In this document: positions 17,226 to 28,561 of the stretch, piece after piece
Layout: the number at the start of each line of letters is the position of its first letter
Numbering within the stretch: the stretch's first letter is position 1
Origin: Nibricoccus sp.
GTDB lineage: Bacteria > Verrucomicrobiota > Verrucomicrobiia > Opitutales > Opitutaceae
Reading direction: 5' to 3'
Assembly: GCA_047602425.1 (NCBI GenBank)
Contig: JASGHG010000001.1
Span: 1,248,001 to 1,312,000, forward strand
DNA: 64,000 nucleotides
The notes under the pieces: generated by a model
Database searches by the model: none
Told to the model about the DNA's origin: nothing
What the model saw: only the letters and a program-made list of their open reading frames with translations
Program-made: the position numbers and the translations under genes

Positions 17226-19331
17226 TCACCGCCCGCGCTGGAATTTTTTGAACAGCTTTTTTCCGTGACCGTGCTTGTTCGCTGAACCGGACGGACAGGG
17301 TTTTGGCTTTGTCTGGTCGTTGTAGGTCACGCCGGGCGTGAGTTGGGTTTTGTCTTTGCCTCCATCGAGTAGTTTCGGCGCGAGGTCTTGCAGGCCGAGC
17401 TTGATCATCGACGCGCGCAGGGCGCCTTTTAGCTCGGGCTTGTACCAAAAGAAAAAGCTACGCTGCTCCTGTTTTTCCTCGGGTGTGTGTGCGCAGGCGA
17501 CGGGTTTGCCGTCGTAGGGGTGTACGCCGGTCGCGTAGATCTCCGTCGCAACCGTCATCGGCGTTGGCGTGAAGTCCTGCACTTGCTCCAACTTGAATCC
17601 GAGTTCCTTTGTTTGCACGGCAAGATCGGCCATGTCCTTCGCCTCGGAGCCGGGGTGCGAACTGATGAAATACGGAATCATCTGGAGCTGCGGCTTGCCG
17701 ACCTTCTCTTTGATCTCGTCGAACTTTTTCTTAAACTTTCGAAAGAGGGAAAATGACGGCTTGCGCATCACACGCAGCGTGGCGTCGGACGTGTGCTCGG
17801 GCGCGACTTTTAAGCGACCGGAGACGTGATGTTCGACGAGTTCCTCCATGAAGCGCTCGTGACTCTTCGCGACCTCGGGGGATTTTTTCTCGTGGAGAAA
17901 CAAGTCATAGCGCAGGCCGCTGGTCACGAAGGCGTGTTTCACACCGGGAGTTTCGCGCACGGATTTGTAGATATCGAGAAGTGCGTTGTGGTCGGTGTCG
18001 AGGTTCGGGCACATTTGCGGCCACATGCAGCTGGGACGAACGCATTCGTCGCAGATCCATTGTTCCTTGCCCTTCATCTTGTACATGTTGGCCGAAGGGC
18101 CGCCGAGATCGGTGATCGTGCCGTGGAAATCGGGCATGGCCTTCACCGCTTCGACTTCGCGCAAAATGCTTTCCTTGCTGCGGCTCGCGACAAATTTGCC
18201 CTGATGCGCCGAGATCGTGCAGAAGCTGCAACCGCCGAAACAACCGCGGTGCATGTTGATCGAGTGCTTGATCATCTCGTACGCCGGGATCGGACCGCGC
18301 TTGCGGTAGCGTGGATGCGGCAGACGCGTGAATGGCAGGTCGAAGCTGCGGTCGATTTGTTCCTCGGTCATGGTTGGGAACGGCGGATTCACCACGAGCA
18401 TGCAGTCGCCCGTGAGTTGGAGCAGGCGGCGCGCTTTCACGCGGTTCGACTCGGTTTCGATCTGCTTGAAATTTTTCGCGTAGAGCTCGCGGTCGGCGAG
18501 ACACTCGTCGTGCGAGTAGAGAATGTGGTCGTCCCAATTCGCGTTTTTTGGAACAGCCGCGCCGGGCGGAAGCAGCACGGCGGTTTGTGCGATCGTTTTT
18601 AGTGAAGAAAATGGAACGCCACGTTTGAGCAGGCGGAGCATCTCGATGAGCGGGAGTTCGCCCATGCCGTAGACAAGCAGGTCGGCGCCGCTGTCAGCGA
18701 GAATCGAGGGTTTGAACGAATCCGACCAGTAGTCGTAATGCGTCACGCGGCGCAAGCTCGCCTCAATACCGCCGACCATAACCGGCACATCGGGGTAAAG
18801 TTGCTTGAGGATTTTCGTGTAGGTTGTGACCGCGTAGTCGGGACGGAAATCGGGCGCGCCGTCGGGCGTGTAGGCGTCTTCGGAACGCGGTTTGCGCGCC
18901 GCCGTGTAGCGGTTGATCATCGAGTCCATGCAGCCCGCGGTGACGCCAAAGAAGAGGCGGGGCGCGCCGAGTTTTTTGAAATCGCGCAGGTCGTCGCGCC
19001 AGTTGGGCTGCGGCAGAATTGCCACGCGATAACCCTCGCGTTCGATGATACGTCCGACCGCCGCCGTGCCGAACGAGGGATGATCCACGTAGGCGTCGCC
19101 CGAGACGATGATCACATCGACTTGGTCCCAACCGCGCGCGTCGAGTTCGTCGCGCGAAGTCGGCAGCCAGCGCGCCGCGTCCCAGATCGGATCGCGAGTG
19201 GGTTTGGCGTGGCTGGCGGCGGGCGCGGACGGAGGCGGCGACGCCGACGGAATGTGCGGTTTCGCCGAAGTGGCAGCGGAAGTTGGCGGGTGATTTTGCA
19301 AAGACGGCGCACCTTCGCCCAAGGTCGGCAT
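17226..19331 (-). CDS. ygiQ: YgiQ family (UPF0313) radical SAM protein
   Basis: SGDAYVDHPSFG, GGIEASLRR, RGCFGGCSFC (CxxxCxxC), DLGGPSANMY, LKVAPEH, EQVQDFTPTP. Confidence 0.92.
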   Translation of the reverse strand: MPTLGEGAPSLQNHPPTSAATSAKPHIPSASPPPSAPAASHAKPTRDPIWDAARWLPTSRDELDARGWDQVDVIIVSGDAYVDHPSFGTAAVGRIIEREGYRVAILPQPNWRDDLRDFKKLGAPRLFFGVTAGCMDSMINRYTAARKPRSEDAYTPDGAPDFRPDYAVTTYTKILKQLYPDVPVMVGGIEASLRRVTHYDYWSDSFKPSILADSGADLLVYGMGELPLIEMLRLLKRGVPFSSLKTIAQTAVLLPPGAAVPKNANWDDHILYSHDECLADRELYAKNFKQIETESNRVKARRLLQLTGDCMLVVNPPFPTMTEEQIDRSFDLPFTRLPHPRYRKRGPIPAYEMIKHSINMHRGCFGGCSFCTISAHQGKFVASRSKESILREVEAVKAMPDFHGTITDLGGPSANMYKMKGKEQWICDECVRPSCMWPQMCPNLDTDHNALLDIYKSVRETPGVKHAFVTSGLRYDLFLHEKKSPEVAKSHERFMEELVEHHVSGRLKVAPEHTSDATLRVMRKPSFSLFRKFKKKFDEIKEKVGKPQLQMIPYFISSHPGSEAKDMADLAVQTKELGFKLEQVQDFTPTPMTVATEIYATGVHPYDGKPVACAHTPEEKQEQRSFFFWYKPELKGALRASMIKLGLQDLAPKLLDGGKDKTQLTPGVTYNDQTKPKPCPSGSANKHGHGKKLFKKFQRGR

Positions 19332-19421
19332 TGGTGCAAGTGCGCCGTGCAAAGCCGTTGTCCATCACCTCTTCACACTTTCCCCTTTCCTTGTGCGCTA
19401 AGTTACTGCTGATTTTCCCAC

Positions 19422-20367
19422 ATGTCTTCCCAAGTTGAAAACGTCGTCATCGTCGGCACGGGCTGCGCGGAGCCTCACCGCCGCGGTTTACACCGGTCGC
19501 GCCAATCTGTCCCCGCTGGTCATCGAGGGCAACCTGCCTGGCGGCCAACTCACGACCACTTCGGAAGTGGAAAATTTCCCCGGCTTCCCGGAAGGCGTCG
19601 ACGGCTTTCAACTGATGGACAACCTGCGCAAGCAAGCCACGAAGTTCGGAACGCGTTTTCAGCAGGCGATGGTCAAATCCGTCGATTTCTCCAAGCAACC
19701 GCTGAAACTCGTCACCAGCGAAGGCGAAATTCTCACCAAAGCCGTCATCATTGCCACCGGTGCTTCGCCGCGCATGACCGGCATGCCCGGCGAAAAAGAA
19801 CTCTACGGCGGTAAAGGCGTGACCACTTGTGCGACGTGCGACGGCGCGTTTTATCGCAAGATGGACGTTGCCGTGATCGGCGGCGGCGACAGCGCAGCGG
19901 AAGAAGCGCTCTTCCTCACGCGTTTCGCCAGCAAAGTTTATCTCGTGCATCGCCGTGACACGTTGCGCGCGTCGAAGATCATGGCCGACCGCGCCACAAC
20001 TCATCCCAAGATCCAAATGGTCTGGGACAGCGCGCCAACCGAAGTTCTCGGCGTGCAGGAGGGCGGCGTGACCGGCCTGAAAATCAAGAACGTGAAAACC
20101 GGCGCCGAGTCCGTGCTGCCCGTGAAAGGCATCTTCGTTGCCATCGGCCATCAGCCCAATACCGGCGCTTTTGCCAGCGCGGTTGAGGTCGATGCCGAAG
20201 GCTATTTCAAACCGGTCAATGGTTCCCAAGTGCGCACCAAAACGCCCGGTGTGTACGTCGCCGGCGACTGCGCGGATCACGTTTACCGCCAAGCCATCAC
20301 TGCCGCCGGCATGGGATGCCAAGCCGCTATCGAAGTGGAACGCTGGCTCGCCGAGCATGGCGGATGA
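19422..20367 (+). pseudogene. trxB: Thioredoxin-disulfide reductase, split by a 1-nt insertion (possibly a sequencing error)
   Basis: [16 protein letters not shown] in one frame continues as LTAAVY...[37 protein letters not shown] in another; removing A19471 restores GCAGLTAA. Confidence 0.9.
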
Positions 20368-20619
20368 GTTTCCGCGTGCTCTTGTAACTTCAGTCCAGTC
20401 ACCTCGCCCGAGTGAACTTTTGACGGTTGTCGTCTTCGGTTGCCTCAAGGCGTTTGGTTGGCTGCGCGTGCGATTGCGCGCAAGCACACAGAAGTTCTTG
20501 CGTTACAGAATATTTACTCGACGCCTTGTCGTGTGATCTCATACTGGCTCAAGCGCTTAGCTGAACGAGCCGATGGATAAGCCAATTATCCCATCGTCAA
20601 CTTGCCCGCCCCAGCCCGG

Positions 20620-23295
20620 ATGACTCACGCAAGACTCTTCGCCAGAATCTTTCGGTCAGTCCTTTGCCTAATCGCCTTCGCGGTGGGTGTGACGGTTGTT
20701 CATGCGCAAGGGAATCTCAAGCGACCGCAAGTCCTCGTAGTGCTCTCTTACCACGTCGGCATGCGCTGGGAAGACGACGTCACCCGCGGAATCGTCGATA
20801 AACTCGGTGAGCAATGCGAACTCATCATTACCCAACTCGACGTCCAGCGATACTCCGTGCTCGGTCGCGAAAAAAAGATGCTCGAGATCATGTCCAACCG
20901 GGTAAAAATGAGCCGTCCGGTGTTGGTGATCGCCGTCGACGATTTTGCCTATCGCTACGTTTTGGAAAATCGCGACGAGTTCGAAGCGGGCACTCCAATC
21001 GTTTTTGGCGGCGTGAATTTTTGGCAGGAAGAACAACCGCGCGGTGTGACCGGAGTAGTCGAGTCCATCGATTTCGGAAACACTTTTGACCTCATGAGCC
21101 AGCTTCAGCCCGAAGCCAAACGCTGGGTCATCGTGAACGACCAGAGCGGCACCGGTCAGGCCAATCGCAAAGCTTTTGAGCGCGTTCGCCCTGAACTTCT
21201 TTCCCGCTTTGGCTCACGCGAAATCCTCTGGTTGGGCGATGGCACTTACGCCGAAACAGAAGCGCGGCTGGCAAAACTCGATCCTAAACGGGATGCCGTT
21301 CTCCTGCTGACTTGGAATACCGATGGCACCGGTTTAGCCCGCTCCTACGAAGCCTCCGTTCGACGTGCGCGTGAAATCTGTCCTGCTCCGCTTTACGGGA
21401 TGTGGGGATTTTATTTTGGAAATGGCATCGTCGGCGGTTCCCTCATTGATGGACAAATTCACGGTGCGGAAATTGGCGACATCGCCCGACGCGTACTTTC
21501 CGGCGAATCCCCCGAAAGTATTCCCGTCGTCACGCAATGTCGCACCACGCTGAAAATCGACTACCGCGAATTCCAACGTCTGGGCCTCAATAAAAAACTC
21601 ATCCCCAAGAACGCCGAGGTCCACCATCGGACCCTTTCCGTCTGGGAACAGTACGCGGCGGCCATCATTGTCATCGCCGTGGTTATTGGCCTCCAAGCCA
21701 CCACCATCACCTGGCTGATCATTGTCATCCAACGCCGTCGGCAGGCCCGCGCCCGCCTGCGCGAGAGCGAAGCCCGACTACGCCATACGCTCGATTCGCT
21801 CGAGGAGGCCGTGATTGTCACCGATCCGCGCAACCACATCACACGCATCAACCCCGCGGCTGAAAAACTTACAGGCGTGCAAAACGCCGACGCGCTCACC
21901 CAGCCGCTGCACGCCATTCTCCCGCTGCAAGACTTGCAAAACGGCCTGCCCCTCGTCCTCCCCACTTTGCTGAGCCTGCAACAGGAGCAAGCAAGCCGAA
22001 CTATTCGAGCTCGCCTAAAAAGTCGCGAGGGTCCCGAATACATTGTCGTTCATAGTGCCGCGCCCATCCTGGACGACGAGGGTGCTGAACAGGGCATGGT
22101 CATGGTTCTGCGCAACGTCACCGAACAACACCGCCTCGAGGAACAACTGTATCAGGCGCAAAAAATGGAGTCGATTGGCCAGCTCGCCGGCGGCATCGCT
22201 CACGATTTTAACAACATTCTCGCCGTCATTGTCGGGCACGGCGAACTTCTCCGCGAACAACTGCAAAACCAACCCGCCGCGCTCGAGGATCTCCAAATGC
22301 TCCTCCGCGGCGCCCAACGCGCCACGGACCTCGTTCAGCAAATCCTCGCCTTCAGTCGCAAGACCAAGCACGAGATGACGCCGCTCCATTTGCAGACCGT
22401 CGTGAAGGAAGCCTTAAAATTCCTTCGCTCCACCGTCCCCACGTCGATCGAAATCGCTCCCCGCATCAGCGCGGATCTTCCTCTCATTCTCGGCGACCTG
22501 ACTCAGATTCATCAGGTCATCATGAACCTTTGCACCAACGCCGCCCATGCCATGAAAGGCTCAAGCATGGGCCGCCTTGAGGTTCGTCTCGAATCCATCC
22601 ACGCCAACACGGAATTTGCGCTCATGCACCCGGGGCTTCGCGAGGGCGAATACGTTCGCCTCAGCGTCAGCGATACCGGCCACGGCATGGACGAAGCCAC
22701 CATCAAGCGTATTTTCGAACCATTCTTCACCACCAAAGCCCACGGAGAGGGCACCGGCCTCGGCCTTTCGGTGGTGCATGGAATCGTCAAGGCTCACAAT
22801 GGTGGTATCTTCGTCTACAGCCACCCCGGCGAGGGGACCATTTTTCACATCTACCTTCCAGCGCTTTCCATTTCGAAAACCACCGAGGAGGCCGCCTCCA
22901 CCGCGGTCCCAACAGGCAATGGCGAACACATTCTTTTTGTCGACGACGAGCCTGCCATTGTGGTCGCCGCGCGCCGCATGATCGAGGGGCTCGGCTATCG
23001 CATCACCGTCTTTCAAGACCCTTTGCTCGCGCTTGATCACTTGCGCAAGCATGCCGCCGAATTCGATTTGATCGTGAGCGATCTCACCATGCCCGGCGCC
23101 AGCGGCATCGTTCTCTCGGACGAAGTACGGCGCATCCGCCCTGATTTACCCATCATCCTGACCACTGGTTTTGCCGCTGAACTCACCGAGGCCGACATCA
23201 AAAACCGCGGCATTCACCAATTGCTCCTGAAGCCCTTCACCACCCCGACCATCGCCCGCGCCCTCCACGCCGTGCTGCAAAATAAGTCGGCGTAA
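20620..23295 (+). CDS. Hybrid sensor histidine kinase/response regulator (periplasmic binding-protein-like sensor, TM, PAS, HisKA, HATPase, REC)
   Basis: [46 protein letters not shown]...SDLTMP...KPF. Confidence 0.93.
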   Translation: MTHARLFARIFRSVLCLIAFAVGVTVVHAQGNLKRPQVLVVLSYHVGMRWEDDVTRGIVDKLGEQCELIITQLDVQRYSVLGREKKMLEIMSNRVKMSRPVLVIAVDDFAYRYVLENRDEFEAGTPIVFGGVNFWQEEQPRGVTGVVESIDFGNTFDLMSQLQPEAKRWVIVNDQSGTGQANRKAFERVRPELLSRFGSREILWLGDGTYAETEARLAKLDPKRDAVLLLTWNTDGTGLARSYEASVRRAREICPAPLYGMWGFYFGNGIVGGSLIDGQIHGAEIGDIARRVLSGESPESIPVVTQCRTTLKIDYREFQRLGLNKKLIPKNAEVHHRTLSVWEQYAAAIIVIAVVIGLQATTITWLIIVIQRRRQARARLRESEARLRHTLDSLEEAVIVTDPRNHITRINPAAEKLTGVQNADALTQPLHAILPLQDLQNGLPLVLPTLLSLQQEQASRTIRARLKSREGPEYIVVHSAAPILDDEGAEQGMVMVLRNVTEQHRLEEQLYQAQKMESIGQLAGGIAHDFNNILAVIVGHGELLREQLQNQPAALEDLQMLLRGAQRATDLVQQILAFSRKTKHEMTPLHLQTVVKEALKFLRSTVPTSIEIAPRISADLPLILGDLTQIHQVIMNLCTNAAHAMKGSSMGRLEVRLESIHANTEFALMHPGLREGEYVRLSVSDTGHGMDEATIKRIFEPFFTTKAHGEGTGLGLSVVHGIVKAHNGGIFVYSHPGEGTIFHIYLPALSISKTTEEAASTAVPTGNGEHILFVDDEPAIVVAARRMIEGLGYRITVFQDPLLALDHLRKHAAEFDLIVSDLTMPGASGIVLSDEVRRIRPDLPIILTTGFAAELTEADIKNRGIHQLLLKPFTTPTIARALHAVLQNKSA

Positions 23296-23405
23296 AGAAA
23301 CCGCCGCCCCGCGATGCACCCACCGCGACGCGCCTTTTCGATTCACGCATCTTTCCAGTCGCCAAGCCGGGGCCTTTTTGCGTTTTGAAGGTGAGCACCT
23401 TCCCC

Positions 23406-24521
23406 ATGGCCAAGGTCGTCATCGAAAACCTCGTCAAAACCTACCCCGACAAAAACGGGCCCGGCGCCACCGTCGTTCACGGTATCAACCTCGATATTCA
23501 AGAACGCGAATTCATGGTTTTAGTGGGGCCATCTGGTTGCGGTAAATCCACCACGCTGCGCATGATCGCCGGCCTTGAGGAAATTTCCAGCGGTCGCATT
23601 TTGATCGACGGCCGTGTCGTCAACGACGTCCTGCCGAAGGATCGCGACATCGCCATGGTTTTCCAAAACTACGCGCTCTACCCGCACATGAGCGTCTATG
23701 AGAACATGGCTTTCGGCCTCAAGCTGCGCAAAATGCCCAAGTCCGAAATCGATGCCCGTGTGCGCGAAGCCGCCGCCATGCTCGGACTCGAAAACTACCT
23801 CAACCGACGCCCCAAGGCCCTCTCCGGCGGCCAGCGGCAACGCGTCGCCGTCGGTCGCGCCATCGTGCGCAAACCCAAGGTCTTCCTCTTCGACGAACCG
23901 CTTTCCAACCTCGATGCCAAGATGCGCGTCTCCACCCGCGCGGAGATTTCAAAGCTCCACGCCAGCCTCGGAGTCACGATGATCTACGTCACTCATGACC
24001 AAGTCGAAGCCATGACAATGGGCGACCGCATCTGCGTCATGAAGGACGGCCGCATCATGCAAGTGGCCGAACCAATGGAACTCTACAATCGGCCCGCCAA
24101 TCTCTTTGTGGCCGGCTTCATCGGCAGCCCTCCGATGAATTTTCTTCACGGTACAATCCATCGCGACGACGGCGACCGTCTCGCGTTCGTGGAAAAAAAT
24201 TCGACAACCACACCCGTCAAAATTCCGCTCAACGATTTTCTCGCCAGCAAAGTCGGCCCGCGCTTGGGTCAACCTATCGTCCTTGGTATCCGTGCGGAAA
24301 ACGTCCACCACGCCGACGGTGATCCCAACGCAATCGTCCTTCGCGTCGACGTCGCCGAGCCTATGGGCGCGGAAACATTCCTTTATCTCAACAGTGGAGC
24401 GCACACTCTGGTCGCGCGCGTCTCGCCGAACCTGCGTTTTGAACCAGGCACTTCCCTCCCCGTCGCGCTCGATCTGGCGAATGCCCATCTTTTCGATCCC
24501 GCCACCGAACAAGTGTTATAA
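23406..24521 (+). CDS. Carbohydrate ABC transporter ATP-binding protein (MalK/MsmK/UgpC family)
   Basis: [42 protein letters not shown]-terminal TOBE-like region. Confidence 0.95.
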   Translation: MAKVVIENLVKTYPDKNGPGATVVHGINLDIQEREFMVLVGPSGCGKSTTLRMIAGLEEISSGRILIDGRVVNDVLPKDRDIAMVFQNYALYPHMSVYENMAFGLKLRKMPKSEIDARVREAAAMLGLENYLNRRPKALSGGQRQRVAVGRAIVRKPKVFLFDEPLSNLDAKMRVSTRAEISKLHASLGVTMIYVTHDQVEAMTMGDRICVMKDGRIMQVAEPMELYNRPANLFVAGFIGSPPMNFLHGTIHRDDGDRLAFVEKNSTTTPVKIPLNDFLASKVGPRLGQPIVLGIRAENVHHADGDPNAIVLRVDVAEPMGAETFLYLNSGAHTLVARVSPNLRFEPGTSLPVALDLANAHLFDPATEQVL

Positions 24522-24638
24522 GGAGGACTCAATTGCCTTCATGCTTTGAGGAAAACATCGCAGAGCTTGCGGCTAAAAAACGACCGCACAGGGATACGAT
24601 TTGATCGATTGCGTATTTCCGAGCGTCCCCGCGCAGGC

Positions 24639-24669
24639 AAAAAAAAACGCGCGGCTGGCAGCCGCGCGT
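24639..24669 (-). terminator. Intrinsic terminator for the minus-strand operon 24694-26450
   Basis: ACGCGCGGCT-ggc-AGCCGCGCGT hairpin followed by a T-run on the minus strand (A-run 24639-24647). Confidence 0.75.
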
Positions 24670-24693
24670 CGTGACAAAGAATTTGGTCGAAGG

Positions 24694-25509
24694 TTAGATC
24701 GTCAATTTGAGCGTCTTGTCGTCGATAACGACCGTTTTGACTTTCTTCCAAGCACCCAGCAATTCAGGCGGCAGTGCGTCGCTGGACATCGCTTTTTTCA
24801 TGATGTATTCCACCGCGTGCGGGAAGCGATGCAGCGGAAAGGAACCAATCATGAGCTCGTCGGGAACGAAAACGTACATGTCGTCTCGTTTCTCGAAACC
24901 GCCCCGAGTCTGAACGACAACCGGAAATTGATAACCAAGTGTGGTGACCACAGTCGGCACACCGACCTGCATAGCTCCGTTGCGTATCCGAAAATTCACC
25001 GCCTTGTAAGTGATAAGCTCTTCCGGAGGAGCCTCGGCTGGAGTTTCCTCAGCAGGAGCGGCTGGCGCAGCTGCGGCTGTGGCCGCGGGTTTGGGCGATT
25101 TCGCCGGCGTCTTCCCGGCAGCTTTCGCTTTGGCGGCGGCTGCGTCTGCCGCAGCCGTTTCCTTCGCCATCTTTTCGAGTTCTTTTTGGCCTGATTCCGT
25201 GCTGCTCAGGAACCACATGTTCAACTCGTCCTCGTTTAATGTGACTTCGCCCGGCGTGCTCTCGATGAGCATCTGGCGTTTGCGCATCCATTGCTTCGAC
25301 CTAAGCGCATCGGCTGTCCCCGTGACGTAGTAGGTCGCCCCGCGGATGCGTTCATCCTCTTTGGGCATTTCCTTGACGGTCAGTGCGGGTTTGAAAATCA
25401 GGAAAGAAATCGCCAGCGCCGCACCCAGCGAAATGCTGAGAATAACGCCAAACGTGATCTCGTAGATAGTGGGCCCGTAAAGGGCGCGGTCGAGTTTTCG
25501 ATTCCTCAT
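24694..25509 (-). CDS. Hypothetical membrane-anchored protein
   Basis: N-terminal TM and Ala/Pro/Lys linker; co-oriented with the FmdB-type gene. Confidence 0.75.
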   Translation of the reverse strand: MRNRKLDRALYGPTIYEITFGVILSISLGAALAISFLIFKPALTVKEMPKEDERIRGATYYVTGTADALRSKQWMRKRQMLIESTPGEVTLNEDELNMWFLSSTESGQKELEKMAKETAAADAAAAKAKAAGKTPAKSPKPAATAAAAPAAPAEETPAEAPPEELITYKAVNFRIRNGAMQVGVPTVVTTLGYQFPVVVQTRGGFEKRDDMYVFVPDELMIGSFPLHRFPHAVEYIMKKAMSSDALPPELLGAWKKVKTVVIDDKTLKLTI

Positions 25510-25554
25510 GTTAGTGATGGGGTGCGCAGATTGGACATGAGGAAGACTCCAAGT

Positions 25555-25821
25555 TCAATCCGAGGTTTTCCCGGAAGACGCCGGAGGTGGCGCTTTTACG
25601 TTTTCTTTGCCACCTTCTTTTGGCGCCGGTCCACTGGTTTTTTTATAGTCGGTTATGTAGAAACCCGTGCCTTTAAATATGAGGCCGGCACCGCTTCCGA
25701 TCTTGCGGCGAACTTTGCCCTTTTTCCCACAGGTACAAACTTTAAGTGGCGTATCTTTCATCGACTGAAAGACTTCAAAATCCTTACCACATTTCAGACA
25801 GGCATATTCGTACGTCGGCAT
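25555..25821 (-). CDS. FmdB family zinc-ribbon protein
   Basis: MPTYEYACLKC...CTCG...FKGTGFYITDY. Confidence 0.92.
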   Translation of the reverse strand: MPTYEYACLKCGKDFEVFQSMKDTPLKVCTCGKKGKVRRKIGSGAGLIFKGTGFYITDYKKTSGPAPKEGGKENVKAPPPASSGKTSD

Positions 25822-25841
25822 AGAGAGTGAAAAGCCGGGCG

Positions 25842-26450
25842 TTATGGGTAACGCACGCCGCTTTTACGAGACTCTTCCACCGCACGAAAAAACGCTCCAT
25901 AAAAACTCCACCCCGCCGCCAAGGCCATGAAAAGGGTAAAGGTCATTAATGGGTAAACGGTTGCGATAAATCCGGCCACCGCGAATGTCGGAATCAGAAA
26001 ACGCGCTTTGCTCGATCGCAGCATCGTGATCAACAACCAGATACGAAACGCGTCCCGGTATTCTTCACGTTTCTGGTATTGATAAATACCTGCTGCCGTC
26101 AAAGGCATGGCTAACAACACGGCCGGTACCATGGGCAGATAGACAAAGACGCCGTAGTTGAAAATGCGCAACGGCCAGGTCAGCGCCCAACCGATTCCCA
26201 CCGGCAACACCCCCAGCACCAAAAAAATCAAGAAGGCCGGAATGCCGTTCACGAACAGCCGCCGCCAGTCGTCCCATTCGGGAAAGTCCAAGCTGTCGCC
26301 CCGGCGCGCCCGCGCCAGCAACTCGTACAAATACCCAAACGCAAAGAAATGCGCGACGGGCACCGCCATGAGCAGTGCGCCAATCACGCATTTCAAAAAC
26401 CAGGACGAACTCGAAAAGAGACGTTTGCAGACTTGTTCCAGGGTCGGCAT
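25842..26450 (-). CDS. DUF4013-like membrane protein
   Basis: W..K..IG.LL..VP....GY......R....PEWDDW..LF..G pattern; about 4 TMs. Confidence 0.75.
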   Translation of the reverse strand: MPTLEQVCKRLFSSSSWFLKCVIGALLMAVPVAHFFAFGYLYELLARARRGDSLDFPEWDDWRRLFVNGIPAFLIFLVLGVLPVGIGWALTWPLRIFNYGVFVYLPMVPAVLLAMPLTAAGIYQYQKREEYRDAFRIWLLITMLRSSKARFLIPTFAVAGFIATVYPLMTFTLFMALAAGWSFYGAFFRAVEESRKSGVRYP

Positions 26451-26488
26451 TGAGACAGGCAATATTCATACAAGTAGGCCCCGCGCCA

Positions 26489-27370
26489 ATGGACTTCTCA
26501 AACAAATTAAACAATTTCGTCGCCCAAACTGAACAGGCCTTGGACAAGCTCCTGCCCCCACCCGGCATCCGTCCCGCTCGCCTCCACGAGGCCATGCGCT
26601 ACAGCCTGCAGGCCGGCGGCAAACGCCTCCGTCCGGTCCTCGTCCTTGCTGCTGCCGAACTCTTCCCCGGCCCCAACAAGTCCGATCCGCTGCCCGCCGC
26701 TGTCGCCATCGAATGTGTGCACACGTATTCACTTATTCACGACGACTTGCCTTGCATGGACAACGACGACCTGCGCCGCGGCCGTCCCACCTGCCACAAA
26801 CAATTCGACGAAGCCACCGCGCTGCTTGCTGGCGACGCGCTTCTCACATACGCGTTTGAAATTCTCTCCCGCCACTACCCGGCGCAACCCGGCTTCGACC
26901 TCGTTCGTGAACTCGCTTCCGCAGCCGGAAGCCAGCGACTCGTCGGCGGCCAGATGGAGGATTTGCTTGCCGAAAAAAAAGCCGATGCGACCGCCGGCGA
27001 GCTTGAGTTCATCCATCTCAACAAAACCGCCGCCATGATCGAGGCCTCCCTCGTCATGGGCGGCCTGACCGCCAATGCCGGCGAAACGGTAATTGGTGAT
27101 TTAAGGCGGTTCGGCCGCGGACTCGGCCTGACCTTCCAGATCGTCGACGACATCCTCGACGCCACAGCCGACAGCGCCACGCTGGGCAAAACCGCCGGCA
27201 AGGACGCCAAGGCCGGCAAAACCACTTTCGTGAAACTTCACGGTCTCGATGGCGCCCGCGAATATGCCCGCCAACACACCGACGCCGCGCTCGCCGAACT
27301 CTCGAAATTACCAGGCGAAACCACCTTCCTGCGCCAATTGGTCGACGCCATGCTCAGACGCAAGAGCTAG
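26489..27370 (+). CDS. ispA: Farnesyl/geranylgeranyl diphosphate synthase
   Basis: GGKRLRP, SLIHDDLPCMDNDDLRRG, GQMED, KTA, FQIVDDILD, LGKTAGKD. Confidence 0.93.
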   Translation: MDFSNKLNNFVAQTEQALDKLLPPPGIRPARLHEAMRYSLQAGGKRLRPVLVLAAAELFPGPNKSDPLPAAVAIECVHTYSLIHDDLPCMDNDDLRRGRPTCHKQFDEATALLAGDALLTYAFEILSRHYPAQPGFDLVRELASAAGSQRLVGGQMEDLLAEKKADATAGELEFIHLNKTAAMIEASLVMGGLTANAGETVIGDLRRFGRGLGLTFQIVDDILDATADSATLGKTAGKDAKAGKTTFVKLHGLDGAREYARQHTDAALAELSKLPGETTFLRQLVDAMLRRKS

Positions 27371-28172
27371 GGTACGTCTTCAAATCAGTTAAGCCAGAGG
27401 AAGGCGCAGGCCAGATGGATAAAAGCACAGAAAGAAAGAACGGTTGGTCGTAACGGGTGGCGATGCGTCTGGCGGACTTTAGTTTGGCGAAGGTGTTTTC
27501 GATCAAGTGCCGGGCTTTGTAGGCGTAAGCGTCGTACACAGGTTGAGCCAACCGATGCGACGGCCTGGGTCCACGGGTTGATGTCCGGCACAGACGATTC
27601 GTTCACGCCACCAGTCTGCATTGTAACCGCAATCACACAACACGGCGGCAGCGGTGCCAGCGGGCAACAGTGCGGGAGCTTGGGTGATGTCGTTGCGTTC
27701 GCCACCGGTCACAACAAAGCGCACCGGATATCCCAGTGCATCGGTGAGCAGATGGATTTTGCTGGTCAGTCCGCGAACGGGAACGTCCGATGGCTTGGGC
27801 CGCATAACCGCCTCGCGCCCGGGTGGCGTGGGCATGCGCCCGCACATAGCTCGCATCGACTGCATAACTCTCCGGATCGTGCTCTGCGGTGAGAAACGCC
27901 AGCACCTGAGCCCAAACCTTTTGGTGCACCCAACGCCGCCAGCGCGTATAAACGCTGCGCCAGTTCGGAAAACGCTCCGGCATATCCCGCCACGGACTGC
28001 CTGTGCGCGCGATCCACATCATCGCCTCCACATACAACCGGTCATCGTGCCACGGCCGACCTCGTTGAGGACACAGTCTGGTTTTGCTCAGTACTGTGTT
28101 AATTTTTTTAGGCTCTTCCATCGAGCCTCATCCAAGTCTCTCGGTATCATCGCTGCTGTTTAACAGCCCTAG
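27367..28172 (-). mobile_element. Degenerate IS5-family insertion sequence (IS427-like group), CTAG at both ends
   Basis: Transposase pieces in several frames (GRPWHDDRLYVEAMMWIARTGSPWRDMPERF; VDASYVRAH; GLTSKIHLLTDALG; DCGY; YKARHLIENTFAKLKSARRIATRYD). CTAG at 27367-27370 and 28169-28172; both ends begin CTAGGG reading inward. Confidence 0.88.
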
Positions 28173-28561
28173 ATATCTACTGTTCCCTCGGTGTTTGAAG
28201 TATTCGGCGTTGTGACCGCGGTCGCGAGGCTGGATTTTACAATCGGTCAGCGGGCGAACGTGATCGCTGCCTCCGCGATTGCGCTCGCGGCGTCGGCGAG
28301 GGCGATCGCCAGAAGCAATTCCTCGCTCGCCAAGCCGGCGATCGCGCCAGCGGGTTGCAATTATCGGCGCCAAACGGTTGCGAGAAGAGGTTCCCGGTTA
28401 GCGCATCTATTAGTCGAGACCAAGCCATGCATCGCCGCATCTACTAGGCAGGGGCAAAAATGGAATGCCGGAAACGTTAGGCCCGAAATTCATAATATAT
28501 AGGCAAGGCGAGATCACAACGATACCGCCACAACCACTAAATACACAGAAAGACACACATC

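Noticed and set aside
19422..19814. Programmed frameshift in trxB
   Set aside because: No slippery sequence or stimulatory structure; a simple 1-nt insertion explains it.
28173..28500. Short ORFs right of the IS
   Set aside because: Low-complexity Ala/Arg frames on both strands with no coherent product.
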